NCBI GenBank assembly: GCA_004431415.1
Contig: QPMI01000058.1
Location: 62,001-126,000 of the forward strand
Source of the DNA: Cyanophora paradoxa CCMP329
Taxonomy: Eukaryota; Plantae; Glaucophyta
Length of the DNA stretch: 64,000 bases
Direction: 5' to 3'
Part shown: in pieces, positions 51,029-61,493 of the stretch
Numbering within the stretch: the first letter of the stretch is position 1
Layout: every line of letters begins with the position of its first letter
Made by a program: the position numbers and the translations under genes
Notes under the pieces: model-generated
Database searches by the model: none
What the model saw: only the letters and a program-made list of their open reading frames with translations
What the model was told of the DNA's origin: nothing

Positions 51029-54000
51029 TCAGGAGCGGCTGGGCCCTTGGCCATGGCCAGAGGAGGGGCCCGGGGAGGGCGGCTGGGGGTGCCAGAAAAA
51101 GGGCCAGGACCCCGGCCGGAGCCCGTGACTCACCGAAGGGTCGCTGGGGCCGAACAACCCGAAGGGCGGAGGGGGCTCGATTCCCGTTGGGGGTACCGGC
51201 GGCCCGGACGGTGGCGGGGGCGGGGGCGGGGGCGGCGGGAGCGCGTGCGGGTGCTGGCCGCGGGATGGGGGAGGAGGAGGGGGCGGGAGGTGAAGGGCGG
51301 GGGGCGGGGGTAGGCGCGGGGGAGGCGAGGGGAGCGGGGACGGGCAGTGGGACGGGGGGGAGAGGGGCGGGGGTATCGGCAGCGGCGTCGGGCCGAACGA
51401 GGGCGGGGCGGGGATCAGGGGCTGCGGGGCGGGGCCCGGGCCCCCGGGGTACGGGTACTGGCGGGGGTACAGGGCGAAGGGCGGCGGCGGCTGCTGCTGT
51501 CCGGGGACGTTGGGGGGCCCGGGGAATTCGAAGGGGGGTAGCGTACCCCTCCCCTCCCCCGAGTACGACGAGGAGGGGGAGGGGGAGGACGCGGGGTGGG
51601 GTCCGGGGTACCGGGCGGCCTTGGGGCCGCGGGGGCCGGCGCCTGCGCCGGCACCACCACCGGGGCCGGCCGTACGCGTACCCCCCCTGTCGGCCCCGTG
51701 CGCGTGCACGTGCCAGGTACCGCGGTCGTCCGCCTCGTCGTCCTCCTCGTCGTCGACGTCCTCCTCGGAGGCAGAAGCGGCGGGGGCGGCGCGCCGGCCC
51801 CGCTTGGGGTGCCCTCGCCCGCCCCCGCCCCCGCCTCCCCCTCGAGATCCCGCTACCCCTCCCGCCCCGTCCAACCGGGCCCCCCTGGGGGGTAGGGAGA
51901 AGCCCTCGAGGCCGGACCGCCTCAGGAAGTCTCGGACGCGCCGTCCCCCCCCGCGTGTGCCCAGGTCGGGGTCGTGCACGCCCACGCGGGGCGGGTTCGG
52001 CTCCTCAAACAGCTGTTTGTACCTGAACGTTACCGGTGCGAAAGAAAGAGGCCTGGGGTTAGCAAAGAAGGAAAGAAAGAGAGGCTACGAGCCGCTGAAA
52101 GAAAGAAAGGGGCTCACCAGGCCTCTTGGCGGTACTCTGGTAGACGGAAAGATAGATAGTAAGATCGATAGTTAGATATATAATAGTAAAATAGAAAGGA
52201 AGATAAACAGTTAGATAGATAGATAGTAGACGGACCGTCGAGGGGCCGGCAGAGGCCCTTGCGGGCCGCCTCGCGGGGCCCCAGGACGGCGATGAAGACT
52301 CGGTCCCGCGCCCGCTCCACCGCCTGCTCATGATCATGAGATACGAGAGACGAGATATGAGAGGCGAGATATATACGAGAGAGAGACGAGAGATGAGATA
52401 GATAGATGAGAGACGAGGTATGAGAGGCTGTAGGCGGCGGGCCGGAGCAGGGGGGATGGGAGCCCGCGGTGCGGTCCGAGATCTAGACCTAGGGCACAGG
52501 GGGGGGAGGGGGTAGGGGGGTAGGGGGAGCAGCTGCAGGCTCACCGCGCGGTCGAGTCCGGGGAGAAGAGACATTTGGAACTGCAGGGCGGGCCGGGGGG
52601 TTAGTTGTGATAATCATGATCATGATCAGTTGATCGTTCAGCCACATGCATCAGCTAGAAGTTTGAATTTGAGTTTAAGTAAGATCTAGAGGGCCCGGCG
52701 CTGCCGCTTGGGTACCTGGTTGCGGGCCCACTGGACGCGAACGTAGCAGTGCTCCCGCCCGGGGTACCTGCGGACCAGGGGGGTACACCCGAGTTCAGCG
52801 TTGGAGGGGGGAGTTGGGGGGGGGGGTACGCGGACTTGGGGTTGAGGGTCGCGACGGCGACGTTGGGGGGCAGATCGACGTCGTACCCCCCGGCCGCGGA
52901 TCCGGAGCTGGAGGGGGCGGCGCTAGCGCTGGTGGGGGAGGGGGAGGAGCCGGAGGGGGGCGAAAGGGGGAGGAGAAGCTGAGAGGGGGGGAAAGACGAG
53001 CTCCGGTTCTGGCGGCCCCTGGCCATATGCACGGCTCCCGTGCGGCCCCGCCGCCGCCGCCGCCGCCGCCGCCGCGTCCCCGGCTCCGCTTCCGCCCCCG
53101 CCGCCCCCATGCTCGCGGTCGCGATCATGAGGCCAGGCGGCGGCGGCGGCGCCGCCGCCGTTGCCGCCGGTGCCGCCGTACCGCCAGTGCCGCCGGTGCC
53201 GGCGCTGCCGCCGCCGCCGCCGCCGGCGCTGCGGTCGCGCTTGCGGGTGCCGTAAAAGTAGCCTCGCGGCGCCGTCGCTCCAGGCAGCCCGATGCTGCGC
53301 GCGCGCTTAAGCTATAAGCTTCTCCTCAAGTAAAATTAACATCTAGAGAGCTTTACTTATATATTTAATGAAGGGCGCATCCATTATAACCGACAACAAT
53401 CAAAATTGAAGGCACCTTCGGAGGTACGAGCGGAGCCGCTCGGCGGCGGCGGGGGTACCGGGCTGCGGATCGTGCGGCCCGACGCTCGGTGGCTCCGCAG
53501 ACTCGAAGAGCTCGCGGAAGAACTGGGTACCCCGGTACTCTGATCGCGAGGAGGGGGAGGAGGCGGAATCGGAACCCAATCAGAACAGGGAGGGAGTACG
53601 ACGGAAGAAATCAAATTGGGGGGAGGGGGGGGGGATGGACCCTGGAGGGGGTAGCAGAGGCCGCGGTCCTGCGCCTCGAGAGGCCCACAGGCGGCGATGA
53701 GGCACGCGTCACGCGCCCGCTTCACCGTCTGCGAACGAAGAGCCGGCGCACCCCCCCGGACCGCGCATCAGACCTCGAGCTTGAATGGAAGGGCCAGCAG
53801 CAGGGCGGCATTTGTAACGGGCGCCCGCCCCCGGGCCGCCCATTAGACCTCGAGCTTGGACGGGCAGGACGGATCGGAAGCAAGCCAAGGCGGCGTTTAA
53901 TTTGTAAATTTAGTGGGGGCCTGGGGGCCTGGGGGCCGGGGGCCGGGGTACGCGCACATCCATGTCCGCATCGTTCCGCAGCGTCATTTTGAACTGCGAG

Positions 54001-55189
54001 GGAGAGGGGGGGTGGAAGTCGTGAGAAAGAGGAAGGAAGGGGGGGGAGGGGAAGGGAGGGGGGGGGCTGGGGATGTCCTTGGCGGTGAGGGGAGGGGTAG
54101 ATGGGTGGACAGGGGGGAGGAAAAGAAAGGAAGGCGCACGTTCTGCTTGTACCAAAGGAAGGAAACGAAGACCTGCGAGGGGAGATTAAGACCTTTAGCT
54201 GTTCTTTAGGTTCTTGTCTTAGGTTCTTTAGGTTCTTTAGCTGTCCTTTAGGTTCTTGTCTTAGGTTCTTTAGGTTCTTTAGCTGTCCTTTAGGTTCTTG
54301 TCTTAGGTTCTTTAGGTTCTTTAGCTGTCCTTTAGGTTCTTGTCTTAGGTTCTTTAGGTTCTTTAGCTGTCCTTTAGGTTCTTGTCTTAGGTTCTTTAGG
54401 TTCTTTAGCTGTCCTTTAGGTTCTTGTCTTAGGTTCTTTAGGTTCTTTAGCAGTACCTGGTGGGACGAGGTGGTACACGTGCTACAAAGAACCTATGGGG
54501 CCTTGAGGTTCTTTTTGGCGCTGTTCTTTAGGTTCTTTAGGTTTCAAGACCATAAATTCTTGTTCTAGGTTCTTTAGCTGTACCTGGTGCGATGCCGTGC
54601 CGCCCGGTCGGTGGACGAGGTGGTAGACGTACTTGGGGAGCTCCTCCCCCCCCTGCAGCGCCACGGGCCCGGCCGCCGCATTCGGAGGCGGCGGCGGCGG
54701 GCCCTGCACGGATCCACCAGAGCTAGCGGCCGGCGCAGGCGGGGCGCCGGCGCCGGCGCCGGCGCCGCCACCGCCCGCCGCTACAGAGCCCGCGGAACTG
54801 GAGCTGGAAGGCCGGCGGGTGCGGGGGCGGCCCATACGGGGAACCACGGCGGCCGCGAGCGGGCCGGGGCCGGATCCGGATCCGGGCCCGGGTCCGGATC
54901 CGGGTCCCGGCCCGCCAGCGACGGCGGAGCTCGAGCGAGAGCTCGAGGCCGACGTGCCTCCGCCGCATCCGCCGCCGCCGGCGCCGCTGCCGCCGCCGGC
55001 GCCGCCTCCGCCGCAGACGCTGACGCTCGCGCTTGCGCTCTCCGCCCCCGTCCCGGTCTCCATCTCCGATCCCGACGCCGAAATCTGCGCCCAATTTCGG
55101 GATCGATCGGGTTCGGGATCGATCGCGGGCCGCGGCGAGCGCACCGGCGCAAACTCGACGCTGCGCCTGCCGCCGCCGCCGACGCTGGG

Positions 55190-55220
<31 letters not shown>

Positions 55221-58200
55221 ACGCCGGGAGCGTTGGCCTCCGCCTGCACGACGGATTAGTATTGAACCTTTATGGCAAGACCTTGGTTCCGCTAGATTCT
55301 AAGCTTTATGGCAAGACCTTTGTTATATATGGCTTCTGCTAGATTCTAACCTGTTAAAAGAAAAGATTCTATATTGCTTAATTCTTCTGCTAGATCTAGA
55401 TTCTATATGGCGTAACGCCTCTGCTAAAAGAAAATGATATATATCGTAACGGAACGCGCCTGGACGACGCCCGAGGCGCGTTCCGTTACGATATATATCA
55501 TTTTCTGCTAGATTGGTTCTGCTATATTCTAATTATAAGCTTTATGGCAAGGCCTTTCTTATGGCTTCGAATTCCGCTAGATTCTAACCTTTATAAATAT
55601 GGCAAGGCCTCTGTTATATATGGCTTCTGCCAGATTCCAACCTATTTTTTTAACGCCTCTGTCAAAAGAAAATGATAGGACGCGCCTGGACGACGCCGGA
55701 GCGGCGAATATGGCTTCTGCTAGATTCTAACCTGTTAAAAGAAAAGATTCTATATTGCTTAATTCTTCTGCTAGATTCTATATGGCTTAACACCTCTGCT
55801 AAAAGAAAATGATATATATCGTAACGGAACGCGCCTGGACGACGCCAGAGCGGCGGAGATGGCTTCTGCTAGATTCTAACCTTTATAAATATGGCAAGGC
55901 CTTTGTTATATACGGCTTCCGCCAGTTATATGGCAAGGCCTTTGTTATATATGGCCTTTGTTTGTTTGTTGTATATGTTATATTTTTTAACGCCTCTGTC
56001 AAAAGAAAATGATAGGACGCGCCTGGACGACGCCGGAGCGGCGGAGGAACTTGCGAAGGCGGTCGGCGGCCGGGGCCGTACCCCCCTCGGGGTCCCGCGC
56101 CCCCACGAACGGCGGATCCGGGGACTCGAAGAGCTCGCGGTAGAAGGGGCACCGCCTGTACACTGCGCCGCGCCGAAGCTTAAGGATCACATCGCATTTC
56201 GAAGGATCCGGAAAGCTAGCTCTAAAAAGCTAGCTTGTGCTTAATTATAAGCTAGCTTATGTACATGTTAAGAAGTTAGAAACTATAGCTAGATATAGAT
56301 CTAGATCTATACGATCTGAAGGGGCACCGCCTGTACACTGCGCGTGCCCGCCGGTTACGTTCATGCCGTCGGTTCCGATCACAATATTAGAAACCAAAGG
56401 ATCCGGAACATATACAAATTTATTAAAAAAGTTAGAATCTATAGCTAGATCTAGATTTAAAGCTGGGGCGCACGGTCGAGGCCCTGGGGGTCGACGAGGC
56501 CGAACTCGACCGCCTGTTCTGGGCCCAGCGCGGCGATCACCGCCGCGTCCCGCACCCGCGACACCGTCTGCCCACCCGCACGCGGCCCCGGCCCGGCCCC
56601 GCCGCTCAGCAATCAGGAAATTCGAAATTAAGAGAGCAGGAGCACGTGCGCGTGCACGCACCACCAGGTCGTTGTCTATGGAGAGGTTGATCCGGAACTG
56701 CAAGCGCCCAATGATCATTAATACAATTTCGGGATCGATCGACTTCTGGATCGATCGGATTCGGGATCGGCCATTCTAAGCTTTAGACTTCTAAGCAGGC
56801 GGGACTGGTAGTATTAATGGGATCGGGGGGCGGCTCGGCTCGGGCGGACCCGGATCTGGCCCCACTGGAACCGGATGGAGTACTGCGACGTCCACGTTGG
56901 CGCCTCCCGCCGGTCTGCGAACGAAGAAAGCTGAGATAGGGAGGAGGTGGGGGTAGGGGGGGAAGTTGGGGGGGGGGGGGGGGGGCGGGGACCTTGGATG
57001 TAGACGTTGGGGGGAGGCGCCCCCGGTCCACCGGGGCTAGGGGGTACGCGTCCAGCGAGCCGCTGCGGCTGCGGCTGCGCGCGCGGCTCGAGGGCGCCGC
57101 GCCCGGTTGCGATTGCGATCGCCCCCCGGTGGGCCCCTCCGCCCCGCTCGCCGTGTCCTCCTCCTCCTCGTCAACGCCCCCGGACAAATCCTCCGCCTCG
57201 GACTCGAAGTCAGAACCGGAGTGCCCGGCGCCGGCGCGGGGCGCCGGGACCGATAGGCCCGCGGCCGGGCCCGAGCCCGAGCCGGGGCCGGCCGCGAACG
57301 GCGGCGGCGGCAGCGGCGGCCGCCGCCCGTCCCGCCGCATCGCCCCATAGTCGCGCAGGAATGCGCGGAGGCGGTGCCCGGCGGCGGGGCTCCCGGGGTC
57401 GGGGTCGTACAGGCCGACGGCCGCGAGGGGCGCCGCGCCCGAGAGGAAAAGCGCCGCGTAGAACCAGTCCGACGTGTATTCTGCCCGCGATCGACGGTCA
57501 ATACTGATTTCGGGATCGACCGAGTTCGGGATCGACCGAATATGAATTCGGGATCGGATCGACCGAGTTCGCGATCGACCGATTTCGAATTCGGGATCGA
57601 CCGAGTTCGGGATCGACCGAGTTCGGGATCGATCGATATCGGGCGCACCGGAGAGGGGCAGGCAGAGGCCGCGGGCCTCGGCCTCGCGGGGCCCGAACAT
57701 GGCGATCATGACCCGGTCCCGGATCCGCTTCACCGTCTGAGAAATATTTATATAAGAGACGAGATAGTCAGACAGAGCTGAGATAGACGGGGATGTAGAT
57801 GGCATGGCACCCTAGAACTACCTACAACCCCTAGAGCTCGTCTCAGTTAAGCTTGGTCAGTTAAAGCTAAAGCTAAAGCTAGGTAAAAAGAATTATCGAA
57901 GCTGGAGCTACTCTAGATCTAGATCCATGATCCGCTAGCGCTTCACCGTCTGCGGCGCCGGCGCGCGCGCAGCGCGCGAGGGTCATTGCTGGATCCGAAT
58001 TCGTTCAATTCTAACGCGACGCCGTTGTTTCTAGCTATAGGCCCTATCGTTGATGCAACTTTGAAACCAGCGCGGCATATCTATAGGCGCTGCGCGCCGC
58101 GCTCATTTGAGGTGGATGATGGAAGCTAAAGCTAGTTCAAAGAATATCAAAGAATTATCGAAGCTGGAGTGCTCTAGATCTAGACCCAGCCATATATAGA

Positions 58201-59209
58201 TCCGGACCTCGAGATCGACGGCGCGCTCGTCCCCCGCGTCGACGTCGCGCCCAATCCGCAGCTTGAACTGCGCATGCGCCGGCGGCTTCAGTTTCAGCGC
58301 TGCGTTATAAATGAACTAGAAGCTCGATTATTATTATACGGCTTCTTAGTACTAGATCTATTACATATCTAGATGGCTTGAACTGCGCCGGCGGCGCGGC
58401 TTCAGTTTCAGCGCTGCGTCGAACTCGTGCATCGCGATCGAAGTCGACGCTATCTTCAGCCGGGCCATTGATATATATCGATATCGATGACGGCGCGAAC
58501 GTCCGATCTTAACGCGAGGAAACGAACGTCTAGATCTAGAACTTGAAATTCAAAGCGGAATGAGCGGTGGTCTATTCGAACGGTCAGGCGCGGGGTTGCG
58601 CAATCGCAATTGCAAGCTTGAACGGTTGTGGCGCGCGGGGCCGGGGCGCGCGGGGGCCGGGGCCGGGGCGCGCGGGGGCCGGGGCCGGGGACGACAGACC
58701 ATTGCGCTCCGCCAAAAGACTAGGGGGCCATAGGTAGCCAGTTAATGGTAATTCGTTGATAGATGATGGTAGTGTTTGATTCATTTATTAAAAATGATAG
58801 GAAATCACGGTGATGGTGCTATAGCTAATAAGAAAACGCGGGCCGGGGCCGGGGACGACTGACCATGGCGCTCCGCCAGAAGACGGTGAGGAAGATGTCG
58901 CCCGACTGGCGGTACACGCTCGGGAGGACGTGCACCGCCAGCTCTTCCCCCCCGCCGCCCGCGGCCGCGGCCGGCGCCGGCGCCGCCGCTGCCGGCGCCG
59001 CTGGCCACGCTTGCGTCGCCGATCGCGAGCTCGAGGGGGGAAGAGGCGCCGCCTGCCACGGCCAGCGCGTCAGTGTTGATTATGGTCGATTATAAAATAA
59101 TTATATATGCGTAAATACGGTAGACGCGATTATATGATGTGCGCTTACTAGTACTAGATCATATATATCTAGATCCATTGTCTGGACGTACCTGCGCAGT
59201 ACTCGACAT
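51029..59209 (-). CDS. Multi-exon protein with four diverged ~90 aa repeats (AP2/ERF-like helix plus a novel extension) separated by G/P/S-rich linkers
   Basis: Repeats TVKRIRDRVMIAMFGPREAEARGLCLPLSEY, TVSRVRDAAVIAALGPEQAVEFGLVDPQGLDLY, TVKRARDACLIAACGPLEAQDRGLCYPLQEY and AVERARDRVFIAVLGPREAARKGLCRPLDEY. Each is followed by xYxxLF...PxVGxxDPxxG...RLRxFLR with shared intron positions. Confidence 0.6.
54193..54451. repeat. 42-bp intronic minisatellite, ~6 near-perfect copies built of TTTAGG/TTAGG subunits
   Basis: Unit ctttagctgtcctttaggttcttgtcttaggttctttaggtt. Confidence 0.95.
55260..56020. repeat. Patchwork of locally duplicated segments within an intron, including a perfect 33-bp inverted repeat
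   Basis: tatggcaagg/acc, ctgctagattctaacc and acgcgcctggacgacgcc each recur several times. IR arms are 55429-55461 and 55474-55506. Confidence 0.85.
57508..57640. repeat. Short degenerate intronic tandem repeat (ttcgggatcgaccgag units)
   Basis: About six copies of a ~17-bp unit. Confidence 0.8.
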
Positions 59210-60438
59210 GCCTGCATCCGGTACTGGTGCCGCGCCAGCGCTACCGCCGGTGTGCCCGCGGGCAGGAGCCCGATCGCGAGCCGGCCGGGCCCGAGGCCGA
59301 ATCAGATCTGAAGCCGAAGTCGAAGTCGAAGCCTGCCGGGTCCTCGAATTTATCAATTTCATGAAATTAAACGGCGGTGCGCTTCATCAAAATTTAGCGC
59401 GGGCGTAGACCTTCGGATGCCCGGAGGCAGTCCCGGCGTCCCTCCTTTCCTCCGCAAAAGCGTGCGCGGTTACGGAGCCCGAGCCAGCGCCCGAGCTTGA
59501 GCCGCCACTGCCATCGATATCGATATCGTGGCCATGGCGCGGGTGCGCATGCGCGCCGTGCGCATGAACGGGGCCGTCGGCGTCGTGGCTGCGATGAGCT
59601 CGAGCGTGGGGACGGGTAGCTGCCGGTGTCGGATGCGCCGCTCTGTGATCCCTCCCATATGCATCCATCGACCTTCCATGATCCTCCGCGCCACTAGTAC
59701 TGCGGCCAGGTGCACGCTGCGCTTGCCGACCGGCTGCAGATGGAGCTGTATGCATATGCGTAGCCATCGATGTCGCCACGAATGTTTTCGCGGTGATGGG
59801 GAGAGGGGTTGTCACCGTCGCAGTCTCTCCATGCTGCACGCTCATGATCAGCTGCGCATGCGCATGCTGCCCCGATACATGTGCACGTGCCAGTGCGGCC
59901 TGTTCTGCGTCCGCTGCGGTGAAGCTGGTGCGCGACGCGCTGTGCTCCGCCATATGAATGCGCGGGCGCTGCCAGTGAGCAGCTGCAGCTTACGCGCCCG
60001 AACTTGTCTGACTAAAGCATACAGGTGCTATCTGAAACCGAGCGCAACGGGTCATCATCATGGCATTGTGGCTCGTGGCCTTCATATACCGGTGCCGCAT
60101 TGCTGGCAATTTGCTGCGCGCTGTGCTCGGTGCTGCGGCCTGTCATACTATGATACGACCGTCGACGTCGGACGCTCACTGAGCCATATCATCACGGCCC
60201 ATACGCGCATGCGTGCCATCATGGATGCTGATCACCTTCAAGGCTTGGCCTGCAGTTGCCAAAGTTGCGGGCCAAAACTTGCGGCCCAGTAAGTGGCAGT
60301 AACTAGTAACGCTGCAGCTGCATGAGGCTCAGCGGCTGTCAGCGGCATGAGGCTGCAGCCTGCAGCGCTAGCTGCACGGTAGTACTGATGGCGTTCCCGG
60401 GTCCTACCGTAGTACTAGTACCGTGGTCCGTGGTACTA

Positions 60439-60793
60439 CTGTAGAATGCAAAACTTTATTAGTCTGAAATATTTATTAGTCCGGGGTTTTGGCCGCTTTA
60501 TTAATTACCTAGTAAATATTTATCACTTGGCGCTGAGCTCGAGAGCTTTATTAGCTATAGCGGCCTTTAGAAGGGGGTGACCCCCGCCCCCGACTCCCCC
60601 CACAGCCCACCGTGGCACGGGCCACGCACATACACTGCGCTCAAAGAAGCGCGGAGAAGAAGGGCGCCAACGAGGTTAAAGGGTGTACCCCCTCCTCGCA
60701 GCACTGCTTTATTACTCTAAAATCTTTATTAGAGCGGCCTCGCAACTTTAGTAATAAAAATATCCCCCATAATAACTATTTTGCATTCTACAG
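60439..60793. mobile_element. MITE, Tc1/mariner-type (15-bp TIR, TA target duplication)
   Basis: TA|CTGTAGAATGCAAAA (60439-60453) ... TTTTGCATTCTACAG|TA (60779-60793), with subterminal TTTATTA repeats. Confidence 0.85.
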
Positions 60794-61074
60794 TAGGCTA
60801 GGCGAGGCCCGGCGGTCTCGTAGTCGGCGGCGCCGGCGAGTCGCCGCCGACTCGCCGCGGCGCCGCAAGGGCCGGCCAGCCTGGCAGGCTCGCCGGCCGG
60901 GCGATTCCGGGCCCCGCGGCCGGGGCGACGCGGCCTGCGGCCGGGCCGGCGTGCCGCGTACGCGACGCTACGCGTACAGTACGCGTGCTGTGCGAATCAC
61001 AGTGCGATCGCTGATTCATGAATGATGAATTAAACAAACCATGGCCACTGATCGAAACTACTGTCAATGTACTA

Positions 61075-61493
61075 TGTTAGACGGGTTTTTAGTTAGACGT
61101 TTGCCCACCCATCATGGCATCGTGATATAGACGTGGACAAAGTTAGACGAGGTGCTGGCCGCTCCATACAGGCGGCATTAAGGTATACCCCCTTACACAG
61201 CTCGTTTTTTTACCGGTCGACCCGACACGGCCGAAATCCGGTTTTTGACCAATTTCCCCTCGGGTGTTCGGAATTCCCCGGCGCAAGCTAGTGCATTCTA
61301 CCCGGTAGCTTGCCGGCTAAAAGATGCTGTGCAGCGACTAGCCGTTCTGTGCCGGGTGAAAAGTTATCGCGATCGCCGGCTACCCTTGCCCATACAACGG
61401 GCATGTCGAGTCGATTAGGAAAAAAAACGAGCTGTTAAGTTAGACGAGTGGGTTGCCTCGTCTATCCACGCCTAAATTTATACCCGTCTAACA
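61075..61493. mobile_element. Second MITE-like element with internal inverted repeat
   Basis: TGTTAGACGGGT (61075-61086) / ACCCGTCTAACA (61482-61493); GTTAGACG subterminal repeats; inner IR ~61192-61229 / 61402-61439. Confidence 0.65.

Noticed and set aside
54193-57640. Regular repeats as a possible CRISPR array
   Set aside because: The units are contiguous without unique spacers, there are no cas genes, and the context is eukaryotic introns.
59387-60292. His/Ala-rich ORFs 59387-59953 and 59528-60292
   Set aside because: They have no recognisable motifs or splice structure, and the composition is explained by GCAT/ATGC-rich sequence.
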